From: Raillietiella orientalis
Taxonomy: Eukaryota
NCBI GenBank assembly: GCA_036172245.1
Contig: JAYWIR010000003.1
Span: 6,758,001-6,822,000 of the forward strand
Direction of reading: 5' to 3'
Length of the DNA: 64,000 nt
Below the pieces are notes generated by a model. That model was not told the origin of the DNA. It did no database searches and worked only from the letters and a program-made list of their open reading frames with translations. Of the stretch, positions 53,218 to 64,000 are shown piece after piece (position 1 is the first letter of the stretch; every line of letters starts with the position of its first letter). The position numbers and the translations under genes are program-made.

Positions 53218-56200
53218 ATGGAAAGTACGTCTTCTCCTGCTCCTCCCGTATCGAGTCCCCCCTCCTCCCCCCATATCTGCTTGCACCTGAGTCAACCGCT
53301 GGCGCAACGGCACATGCGCCAGAGCGCAGCTGCCTCCTCCAGCCGGGAAGGGGAAGGAGGGGAGGGGAGGGGAGGGGCGGGAGAAAGGAGGGGGAGGACG
53401 CACACGGAGAGAGAGAGTGAGAGAGGCAGGGAGAAGCGCGAGGAGAGCTGCATGGCGGCTCGCAGACTCCAGTCGACGTGGATCAGCGAGCGCGGCATGG
53501 ACGGATGTGCTCCCGCCGTGGTCGCCGCCAGGTCCCTCAACCCCTTTGACGAGGACGAGGACGATGGCGAGCACGAGTCGCAGAAGGAGGAAGGGGAAAG
53601 CACTCCCCCGGAGCGGTCGTCTTCGCCTCCAGGCCAGGATCAGACGGGAGCGGGGGCGTCTGACAGGAGAGCAGACGTCCCCATAAAGGACAAGCTGAGG
53701 AGGTTCAAGGAGATGATCCTCCTGCGGCGGGTCGCGTCGCCGTCCCGGGAAGACTCGGGATCTCCCCAGAGGGCGCCCGACAGCGAGGACGGGGAAAGCT
53801 GGCCCAGCCCTCCTCCTTCATACCGCCAAGGAGAGGGCCGTGGGGCCTCCCCGGCGCCGTCTCGCTCCCACGAGGAGACCTCGGGCAAGCCGGAAGTCAA
53901 GGTAACTCGCTTCTTGTGTGGAGGAGGAGGAAAAGGAAAAAAAGGGGGATTCGTGGTGGAGGTGGTGGACCCGAAGGAGGAGGAGGTGGAGCAAAGGCGG
54001 GAGGCGGAGGCGGCGAGGGAGGAGGACGAAGAGGAAGGCGAAGAAGGGGAGGAGGAGGACGGGGAGCAGGGGACCCCCGTCCAGCGGAAACCCCTACTGC
54101 CTCCGGTACCCAAGAAGACCCGCAGCTACGTCTGGAGCTCCGTCCTGACTGTCGTCCTCATCGAGGGACGCGACGTCCGAGCCGCCGACGCGGACGGGGT
54201 CAGCGGCGCGTACTCCCCCGCCCCTGACCCGCGCGTCTACGTCAAGTTCAGGTGTCGGTTTTGGTGTTCGCCCTCGCCCAACCCCCCCCCCCCTACCTTA
54301 CCCCCGTGACTCCTCCCCCAACCTCGCGCTCTTAACCCCTGCACCCCATCCCCGACCCCCGGGAAACGACAGCCACAAAGGTCCGCGCTCCTTCCAGGCT
54401 GGGCAACGAGAAGTACAAGAGCCGGCCAGCCGCCCGCAGCTGCCACCCGACCTGGCGCGAGCAGTTCGACTTGCACTTCTACCGCGACACTCCGTCCCTG
54501 CTGGAGCTTGGAGTCTGGGACGCTGACCGCCCCCGGGGATACATCGGCGGATGCAAGGTTGAACTGGAGCGCTTTCAGCGGGAGAAGACGCACCAAGTGG
54601 AGCTGCCCCTGGAGGAAGGGACGGGCAGGATCTCCCTGCTGCTCACCGTGAGCGGCATCGCAGAGGAAGGGGTCGCGTCCGACCTGTCGAGCTACGTCGA
54701 CGACCCTGCGAGGCGGGCCGAGGTCCGGGAGCGTTACGTGAGTCTCTCTCCTTCCTTCCCCCCGGGGCGTTCTTCACCACCCTTCCCTTTCTTCCTTTCC
54801 TTCCCTCCCAGCAGTCCCTCCTGCACACCTTCTCGGACATGCAAGACGTAGGTCAGCTGACGGTCAAGGTCTTCCGCGCGCGGGGACTCGCTGCTGCCGA
54901 CCTCAGCGGGCGCTCGGACCCCTTCTGCGTTCTCGAGCTGGTCAACTACCGGGTGCAGACCCACACGGAGTACCGCACCCTCAACCCCTGCTGGGACAGG
55001 ATCTTCACCTTGTGAGTGCCCTCCGGGAGGAAAGAGGTTGGAGGGAGGGAGGAAGGGAGCAAGCCCGGGTCAGACGCTCGCTTGCTTGCTCGGTCCGGGA
55101 CGCATCCGCAGCCCTCCCCCTTTTTCCAGCCAGGTGAAGGACGTGCACGTCTGCCTGGACATCAGCGTCTACGACGAGGACCGGGACGGCAAGTTCGACT
55201 TCCTGGGCCGAGTCCTGGTGCCTTTGTACCGCATCCTGAACGGGAAGAAGAGGTGGTACGCGCTGAAGGACAGGAAGCTCTGCCGTCGGGCCAAAGGCTC
55301 CAATCCGCAGATCCTCCTGGAGATGGAGCTCGTGTTCAACCCTGTGAGGGAAAGGGTGTGGGGTCTGGGGAACATGCATGCGCGACCCTGCTCCAGATCC
55401 GGGCGATGGTGCGCACATTCCGCCCAAAGGAGTGCAAGTACGTACAGCCGGAGGTGCGCTTCAAGCGGCAGCTGTTCCTCCGCAACGTGGCGCGCGTCCG
55501 GAACTTCGCCCCTTTCTTTGTGGATGTGGGACGCTACATCAAGTGAGTCGCTGCTCTTTCCCGTTCCCCCCTTTGTCTTCTCCCCCCCTTTCCCCCTTTC
55601 GCCGCTTCCCTGCTACCCCTCTGTCTCCACCGGCGTCTTCTTTTCCGTCCTCAGAAGCTGCTTCCAGTGGGAATCCACCGTCCGGAGCACGATGGCCTTT
55701 GTCCTGTTCTTGACGGCGACATACTTCTTCCAGCCCTACATGCTGCCGCTCCTGCTGCTGCTTCTCTACCTCAAGAACTACATCGTCAGTATATCCCGCC
55801 GGAGAGGGGCGCCCCCGTTACGCGCGCGCGCGCGCGCGCGTACCGCCACCGTCACCCTTTCACCCTTTTACCAGGTGTGGAGCGTGAACGGCTGGATGGA
55901 GGAAGACAGGAGAGAGTTGTGGGAGGACGAGGATGACGACGCCGAGGACGAAAAGGGCAAAGTAGGTGACCTTCACGCTGGTGAGACGGAGGAGGGGAAC
56001 CGGGGTGGCTCTCCGACGGCCAGGAGGAGAAGAAGTCGCTCAAAGACAAGCTGCAGGCCGTTCAGGACATCACGCTGATGGTGCAGACCAGCATCGGTGA
56101 GGTGGCTTCCCTGGCGGAAAGCTTCATAAAGTTAGTAGCACTCGCTTGCACTGGTGGGAACAGGAAAGGGGTGGTGGAGGAGGAGAGGGTGGTACCAGAA

Positions 56201-57058
56201 AGAGCGGTCAGGAACTGGTGGAGACGAAGCAGTGCCCCCCTTACCTGCATCCCTCCTCTTCCAAGTCAAGTTTGGTTTCCTCGTATTTTTTATTTTTTTT
56301 TGTCCTAGCACGTTTAACTTCACCGTGCCTTTCCTGTCGTACATTGCCATATTCGTCTTGTCCTTGGCCACATTGATCCTCTACTTCGTGCCGCTACGCT
56401 ACCTTGTGATGGCCTGGGGAATCAACAAGTTCTCCAAAAAGCTGCTACGACCGAAGGCAATCCCCAACAACGAGCTCCTGGATTTCTTGTCTCGGGTGCC
56501 GAACAAGGAAGACTTGGTAGGTACAGCATGCTCCGCTCCGCTTCTACCGTCTCTTCTCCCATTCCGTTGCATCCTTGTGCCTCACGCGTGGCACAGCAGT
56601 CCCGAGCTGCTGCCACGAGTAAGGAACGATTCCAGCGCAAGCACGCAGGAGAGCAGGCTGAGGCGCAGGTTCCGCCGCGCAGCATTCGAGCACACGCCGG
56701 GTCGTACCGTTTTGGTATCCCTCGCCTCACCCAAGGACGCTTCTTGCCATCGCGTGGAAAACGAAAGAAGGCACACCCGAAAGCGAGCGATCGCGTGCTG
56801 CCTGTCGAATCAGATTGGAAAGAACCCCCGTTTCGTTTCCTTGGTGCTTCCGAAGATTTACCGCGCTTCTGTACCAAGCAGATCCCGTCTCGTCACAGAG
56901 TCCAGGTTTCGGTGGTCCGGTCGCCGGTCGGACTTCAGTGTACTTTCCTTCACCTCAAACGTGATTCGAATGCGGATGCAGTGGATGCGACACATGTGCT
57001 GCGACCCCCAGTTCCGGTGCTTCCAAGTTCTAATTGCAAGAACTGTTGGTGCAAATAG
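53218..57058 (+). CDS. MCTP: Multiple C2 and transmembrane domain-containing protein (MCTP); 5' start and last exon uncertain
   Basis: Spliced model: 53218-54251 (possible in-frame intron 53902-53961), 54398-54737, 54815-55011, 55130-55343, 55397-55542, 55655-55784, 55875-55961, 56024-56130, 56309-56516, then a tentative last exon 56597-57058. It gives C2 domains ([14 protein letters not shown]...[12 protein letters not shown]...[39 protein letters not shown]...[13 protein letters not shown]), two TM regions, and FNFTVPFLS...[17 protein letters not shown]...[12 protein letters not shown]. Confidence 0.93.
55821..55840. repeat. (CG)10 dinucleotide repeat in an MCTP intron
   Basis: ta-cgcgcgcgcgcgcgcgcgcg-ta, a perfect 24-nt palindrome at 55819-55842. 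Confidence 0.95.
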
Positions 57059-58694
57059 GGACTTCGAGCGATCTTGTATTTATACCATGGATGCATTTAT
57101 CGTATTTATACGACAACGGGAGCACCGGAAGTCCTCATCAATTCTGGAGGCGGTTCGATAATCAATGACACGAAACCATTCGGGCGCGCTCTCAGTAATG
57201 ATGGAACGTTATTCGTCATCCGTTTTAATTACCCGAAAAGCTTCCTTGGTGTCGTGTGGAGTCCGTTTCGAAATTTTCCTGGGTGTTACGAAGGAACGTT
57301 CCAACTCGAACTTTAGCAAACTTGCACCTAACGATGGCTATTCTCTTCCTCTACTAAGAATTCGTTTCGTACACATTTTTGATTTTTTAAGAAAATATTC
57401 GTATAGTGCTTCATGTATATGAATTCGTTCCATATACTTTTAAGTAGCGTTTCTCTCTCTCTCTCTCTCTTTTTTTTTTTTAAAAAAAAAGCGCCACTTG
57501 AAAGCGCGAAAATTTCAAGCGATTGATCCTTGCTGAGGTGATGTGTACGGTGGCACCACTGACCCCAAAGGGCAACACGTTCGCTGGAAGAGCCACGTCT
57601 CACGTTTTCTCTTCAGGCTTGAATGCCTTTCGGCATTCAAGCCTGAAGAGAAGGAAAACTCACAGGAAACCTCGCACATGTTCGTTCTGTATGTTCATTT
57701 ATCAAACGTGCAAGAACAAGCATCCCGTCAACAGCAACAAGCCTCGGGAGATTCATTAAGGTTGCTGCTGCACGTGGCCGCTTATTAAGATCTCAGCAAA
57801 TTCTGTTCGATCATCTGGAATGCAGAGGAACCATCATCGCAGCAGACCCCGAAGGGCGAGTGCAGTAAGGAGTCCCGAAACATGGGCGACGAATTCACCA
57901 AATTCACCACAAAGTTTTCTCCATAGACGGAATAGGGATATGGGCGAAAATATCCATGAGATCTGTAATTAGGTGCCTTGCATCCAATTAGATAACGAAT
58001 GCTGAGCTTCACGCTCATGATGACTCATCCCTCAGAGTGTTACAGCGTGAATGTATCACTTCACACAAGTTCACTAACTTCCTACAGTGGTGCCCAGCCT
58101 TGGTTTTATCTTCTTCCCTGCTCATCTCATAATTATCTTTTGTTACACAGGAAGTGTTCGAACTTTACATTCCTTAGTAGTAGGTAAATAAAATCACAGC
58201 GGTCAATTTCAGCAGTCGTGTTTGGCGTAAGGAACACTGAAGACAAAACAGGTCTTTCAAGACACGGAAGCCGTGGCTAACAGATAATGCAGTTCCCTCG
58301 AACGTATGTGGGGATGCTTGAGGGAATTCGATGTGGAACGTGACCAGTTATATGATCCTAATTATAAAAAGGAATGGGGATGTATGCTCAATGGTATTTT
58401 TTCTTCTTTTAGGTAAAATATAGGGACCTGCGTCCAACACCCTTGAGTGATGCAGATAAACGGAAAGCTGGGAAGCACAAGTCTGGCGGCAGTTTCATGG
58501 GATAAATTGCAACGACAGCAGCTGGTGTTGGTGAACAGGTTCCATGGTATCTCAACGGCAAGAGGTGGTGCCATGTATTGAACCCAGTGTCGTAACATTA
58601 ATTATTCCGATTGATTCCAATTGGTTTGTTTTCGTAAGTTGCCTGATTATGCTGATGAAATAAACACAAACATTGGATTTTATAAAATCTATTC

Positions 58695-60593
58695 TCAAAG
58701 TTTGAACGCTTTTCCATGTGCCCTCTCGCCGCTTCCTTTATCACTTTCTGCATAGACTTTCTTCTGAATTTGGGTTTTAACTTTTTCCTGTAACCTCTCA
58801 AAAAATGCTTTGGATGATTTGGGTACTTTTGCTTCCTGTTCTTTTTCCTGGAATCCATTGTCAGTGGCACTGCCTAACGTATGGGCAAGAAAATTACCTG
58901 ATTCTTCGAGGTCTTCTTGGCAATTTGCTTTTTATGACTTCGAAAATAGGCCTGCTGTCTGGCTTTTTTCAGTCGTCTCCGGTGTTGCCTATCTGTTGCA
59001 TCTAATTCACTCTGGCCTTTGATCTCAATGCGTGGCTTAGCTGCAATACATACACTAACACGCACTGAAAGTGAAGAACCCAACCTCGGATTTCTTGAGG
59101 TGCTAATAAAGCAGCATCAGACATGAATACAGGCTGCACTTCTTCAACGGTGACTGCTGGCACATTGCTGACTACTTTGATCTCTGGTGCAGCCTACACT
59201 CCACATATTTCTCCATAACAATACCTTCCAACAACTCACTTGCTTTGGTACAAAATGCAGATTACTTAAGGCATCTAGTTTCCTAAACAAGCTATCCATT
59301 CTCTCATGAATAGCTTTATGTTCTGAGAGTTCTTCTGGTTCCTGCTGAGAAGTCTCCACAGTTTTCTTATATTCTTCTTCGTACACTTGAGCCAGACTGA
59401 GAGTAGGTTTGCTACTATCTAGCTGCAGTCGACGTTTATATTCAGCTGGTACCTCTACAGGTGGCAACCGACGCTGAACATCATCCCAGATCTGGTTCAA
59501 GGCACGCTGTGTAATAAGACGTTCAACTTTGGCACTCAGTTCCTCAGTCATTGCAGGTGCTGCCACAAACCACTGACATTGCCCTTTTTAAATTCATCAA
59601 CTACCTTCACGCCATCCCTGATCAAATTCCAAATGTTCTTCTAGTAGGCTGCACTCAGGTCGTCCTTCTGCTTTCACTTCTCCAATCAACTGCCATGGTT
59701 TGCTAGCAAGATTCTCTTCTTCCTGCTTGGCTATTTCTGCTCTCCATCGAATTTGCTGTTTTTCAAAAGTAGACAGAGGCACAGAATCGTCTTCTCGAGG
59801 ATCCAGCTGTTCTAAGCCACTCTTGGTTTTATCTTTTTCCTGGCTACAGGGGAGATCAAAGAAATCTTGGTAACTTGGATCTTCGCACTGTAAATTTCCA
59901 CATGATGATGTTCTTGATGCCATGAACTCACCTCATCATCTGCATTCTCTTCCAGATCTACACCAGATGAAGAATCTTGTATATTCTCTTCAGCATCCAT
60001 AAATGTTTCCATATCTGCAACATTGAAGAACTTATCTTCGTTAGATAGTCTCTCCTCTAGATCTCCACTTGCATCACAGGATTCATTCTGATTTCCATTA
60101 AGACTAGGTTCCAATGTCTCTCTATCACTAGAATGCATTTCTTCTTCACTGAATTCTTCGGAACTGATGAAGTTATGTAAGAAAGTTTCCTCAGGTTTAT
60201 AAACAGTTGAATTGTCTTCTTCACTCCAAATTTTGTAAGCTTCAGGCCTAAGTAAGTGCTCCTTTTCACTCAGCTGGTTCACTGCTCTAGCCATTTGGTT
60301 AGCAGCACTCTGTTCATGCATTTCTAACTGCTGCCATAGCTGCTCATCATCAAAACCATCCAGCAACAGCTGCTTTAAGGAACCACAGCATTCCCGAACA
60401 TGAAGTGTGTCATACAACTGCTTAATATGCTGTTGAAACTGGGATGCAATGTGTTCCTGAGGTCTGTTCCTGTATAGAGTCACCCAAATTGCTATCTCTT
60501 TTACCTGAGTAGTTTAACTGCTTCCTGAAGCAGCTGACTGACATCCCCCAGAAGATCACCCATCTGCAACACAGGCAATTTATTCTCCATCAT
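58695..60593 (-). CDS. MPHOSPH10: U3 snoRNP protein MPP10 (M-phase phosphoprotein 10), 7 coding exons
   Basis: Exons 60593-60505, 60469-59932, 59887-59605, 59559-59240, 59193-59085, 59040-58898 and 58847-58695. GT-AG introns of 35, 44, 45, 46, 44 and 50 nt all restore frame. Motifs: [38 protein letters not shown]...[40 protein letters not shown]...[17 protein letters not shown]...FKL-stop. Confidence 0.95.
60579..60584 (-). terminator. Candidate UFD1 polyadenylation signal (AATAAA) lying inside MPP10 codons 4-5
   Basis: Minus strand reads TGA AATGTT ATG ATG GAG AAT AAA; the hexamer begins 15 nt after the UFD1 stop. Confidence 0.45.
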
Positions 60594-60599
60594 AACATT

Positions 60600-61517
60600 T
60601 CACCCCTTGTCCCCCACTGTCACACTCTTCTTCCCCTGAGATTGCCTCAGAGTCTGTCCTTTCCCTTGAAATGGCGAAAATTCTTCAACAGCCATTGTTT
60701 TGGAGAATAATGTGGGTTTACGGGCACGAATAAATCTAAGTGTGCCAGGCACATAACTGAAATCTGGAATTCCTCTCTGTGGAGGCGTGCCTACTGGCAG
60801 CTCAGCATCTACACCGTGCTCCTTGCCATCTAGTCTTTCTCCTCGACCACTAAAAGCTTGGAAGCCAGTATGAGGTACTTCCATGACTTCTGTGGTTTCC
60901 ATAATTTCTTCTTCATTTTGAGGGGGAGGAGGAGGGGTTTCTTCATATCCTAAAGGAGGAGCAAATTCCACATGCATATCACACTCAATGATGGCTACAG
61001 CACGCTCAGGCTTGGTATTCAGCACACGCAACTCATAGGCACGGTCATTATAAATCAAAGCCAACACATCACCCTCTGTCAGACATGCAAATCGGCGCAA
61101 GCAGCGTTCTAGAACTGCTTTGGGATCACTAATTTCGAGAAAATCCTGAGAGAATGGTTGGAATCGTGAGAAAGTGGCCACAGGAAGTGACACACTCTCA
61201 ACTGTCACCAGATCTCCTTCAGCCAACAATAAATTGCGCATCATCCAGTGAGGCAGATATGCTCTCCCTTCATCTGCCACAAACTCCAGAACTCCTGCAT
61301 GAGTGTGTCGTCCTGCTGAGACATGGGTGAGTCGAAACAACATTGGATAAGCTATATTCAGGCGAGTTAGTTGGTCCAATGCTGATGGTGGCAGAATAAT
61401 TTTTCCTCCTTGCTCCACATCATGTCGTTCATTGCCTGGCAGCATGGACACAGAAAAGCATCGATACTGGGTACAAAAAGGACGCGAGGACATGGGGAAT
61501 ACATTAAAACTGAACAT
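60600..61517 (-). CDS. UFD1: Ubiquitin fusion degradation protein 1 (p97/VCP cofactor), single coding exon, ~305 aa
   Basis: MFSFNVF...[48 protein letters not shown]...[13 protein letters not shown]...[19 protein letters not shown] boxes FSGRGERL and [16 protein letters not shown]...LRFIR. ATG 61517 lies just downstream of a TTTTCAG acceptor. Confidence 0.97.
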   Translation of the reverse strand: MFSFNVFPMSSRPFCTQYRCFSVSMLPGNERHDVEQGGKIILPPSALDQLTRLNIAYPMLFRLTHVSAGRHTHAGVLEFVADEGRAYLPHWMMRNLLLAEGDLVTVESVSLPVATFSRFQPFSQDFLEISDPKAVLERCLRRFACLTEGDVLALIYNDRAYELRVLNTKPERAVAIIECDMHVEFAPPLGYEETPPPPPQNEEEIMETTEVMEVPHTGFQAFSGRGERLDGKEHGVDAELPVGTPPQRGIPDFSYVPGTLRFIRARKPTLFSKTMAVEEFSPFQGKGQTLRQSQGKKSVTVGDKG

Positions 61518-63374
61518 ACTGAGCTGAAAATATAAAGATGAGCCAAACAATGTCTCCTCAAAGGTGTACACATATATTACAACTTTTCAGAATCCCCTAA
61601 ACAACATAGTTTAAGTCCTAATTACAAATTAAGTCATAATTACCAAGCTTACTACTTATTTAAACTAAGCTTGCTAATTAAAATCACACGATGGTTTACT
61701 GTTACTCAAAGCATTATAAACGAAAAATTAACAAAATTTAAGTATTTTTTTACTAGAGTACGTGGAGGCAGATACATAATGCCAACAGTATTTACACTTC
61801 GAAATATGCAATTGTTAACACGTCGTACTGGCCTGAACACAACTGAAAGCAAATTACACAGATTTTTATTTTAAGAATAAATCACTTCATACGAGATAAA
61901 CGCATTTATGGTATTCTCAAACAAACTACAACACACAGTTACTCAGTTTGGATATTATTTAAATATGCAGTTAGATGTTATATCATTCACTTGCATATAA
62001 CTTTGGGATTGCATACACACTAAGCATATTACAAGCACAACAATACACGTAAAACGTAATAGGCACAAAATGTATTTGCTCGGTTGATAACCACTTGGTC
62101 ATTCACTTTTCACAAAAAACAAACTAATCAATTACTGCAATCGATACGAATATCTCCTTCACTCTCATCACACATTCAGAAGTCCAAATTACTGAATGAT
62201 TCTTAGAAAATTTCCAGCTACTTAATAAAAATCTTTAAGGCACTGTTAAGAAAAATATTTATTATAATAATTACGTTTTTCTTATGTTCTTATATTTTCT
62301 CTGGCTTTAACTTCACAGATTTTGATACAACTTTATTAGTTTCCAATGATTTTAAAACCCATCCTTCGACGTCCAAAGAATTGCCACCTTTTTTTTTATT
62401 ACTGTCATTAAGAAATTATTTGAAGATCATAGTTGAAAGCAGAAAACTATTCAGCTGAAGAGATCTTGCTAGGTCTCATTTACAGAATCGCAAAAATTAA
62501 TTACATCTTAAGAACTCTCTGTCTGATAGTTAAAGTTAAGCACAAATAGCGTTTTCCCTTAAAAAGAAAACAATAGATCCAATTTCCATAGCTGAAGATT
62601 TTTAATAAATCATTATTTTATCACAAAAAAATACATTTACATATTTCTAACTCGTTAAAAGTTTCAGATTTAAATTACTTAAAATAATGATATCTAGAAA
62701 TGAGATAGATTTTTATCCTCATGTTAAAACCAATATTCTGGTCACTCACAATGATTAATTTGTTATTTATGAAAATTGTTGATTTCTTCGAAACCATTTA
62801 AAATATATCGACCAGTAACCAAGTGAAGTTAACTGACAATTAAGGGAAAATGGCCTATTTGAATGCATCTACTCCTGTTAATCGCAAACTTTTCCTCTTC
62901 ATAGCAGTCTTTGAAGATTTTATTATACTTGTGTCATTCTTCTTATTCTATGAATGGGTTAAGATACAAGTTGAAATGAATTCAAAACGTTTAGGCAGTT
63001 TCAGCATTGTATAGTTAAAATGACCAATACTCAGCAATTTATTCACTACTTATGTGTTTGTTATTTTCTTCTATGATGGCGAATGCTCTGAATTGTGTCT
63101 GAAGGCGTATTATATTATTTGCAATTGTTTTAATACCTACTATGTCCCTGCAACCAGATTACATTCAGGATGCATTGCATTGTGTGTTTTCTATCATAAT
63201 ACTTTAGTTTGAAGCAGTTGGTCATCTTTGCAGTCGAAGACTTTTCATGATCTGGCACCATCTTTTTGATTGTTCATCCTTTCCCCATCTTCCTGTATCC
63301 CCACAAGAATCCACAAATGGGTACAGTCCTGCTGACCACTCAAAAAATCACGCAAAAGCACGACTTCAGGTTTT

Positions 63375-63600
63375 TTGTCGATACACACCTCTGACCTGCT
63401 GTTAATTAAGTCTAAAAACGCTTCGAACGACTCCACTGGGATGGATGTGGACAGAAGGCAAAACATACAGTCCAAATATGCCGCCTCGACCGGCGTGCAA
63501 ATGTATGAGCTCCGTAAGATCAGAATTTACCAATGCACATTCAGCACTAACCCAAAGATACTGAACAGTACAGGGTGCGAACTCTCCGCACAGCCACCTT
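63375..63600 (+). pseudogene. Decayed ankyrin-repeat remnant
   Basis: GMDVDRRQNIQSKYAASTG...NPKILNSTG. Confidence 0.3.
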
Positions 63601-64000
63601 ACATGTGATGATTGTTAAAACAAGGTTCCATAAGAGCATTGATACAGATAGAGTCCCGAAAGACTAGCCAAGCGTTGCGGGAAGCCAACGCCACGTTGCA
63701 GGTGAAGTTAAATCCTTGCGAAGAGCAGAACTCTCTTTATGTTTCGTCTCGTCGCCGGGTAGGCGGCACTGGATGCCACCCAATAGGAGGTCTTCTCCTG
63801 GACCCAGGCGCTTCTCAGGTTCAGACTGGGACACAGGGCGAGTCTGCGGGCCGGGTCCTGGGCCCCGCCAGCTCCCACAAAGAGAGAAGCCTCCTCTTCG
63901 CGGGCGCGTCGGCGCTGGTGCCGTCTCCGGCACGTAGCGAAGGCTACGGAATCCCGGCACGAGGGCGAAGGCGAGGGAGACGTTCCCATCCGCTGTCCGA

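Noticed and set aside
61518..61571. ORF-track N-terminal extension of UFD1 (and 19531-19566 for UPF1)
   Set aside because: Non-ATG starts running through likely 5' UTR intron acceptors; conserved N-termini begin at the downstream ATGs.
63245..63660. Minus-strand LINE APE-endonuclease-like fragment (FEAFLDLI...EVVLLRDF)
   Set aside because: No GDFN or SDH motif and no RT downstream; the + strand ankyrin reading is at least as good.

Overview
Eukaryotic (animal, arthropod-like) genomic DNA with six recognisable protein-coding genes: an intronless UPF1 (+), a miniature pygopus (+) convergent with ABHD17 (-), a GC-rich MCTP apparently lacking its first C2 domain (+), and UFD1 and MPP10 in tandem (-). 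The housekeeping genes are very compact. UPF1 and UFD1 have no coding introns, introns in the other three (pygopus, ABHD17, MPP10) are 35-54 nt, and the UFD1 stop lies 6 nt from the first in-frame MPP10 ATG, suggesting an overlapping or dicistronic unit. Much of the remaining DNA, in both AT-rich and GC-rich blocks, reads by eye as heavily decayed ankyrin-repeat coding sequence, mostly on the + strand, including at least three paralogous units and an inverted copy between about 36.5 and 49 kb. Base composition switches sharply between CpG-poor and CpG-rich domains. No rRNA, tRNA, CRISPR array or transposase was recognised. All calls come from manual reading; no searches were run.
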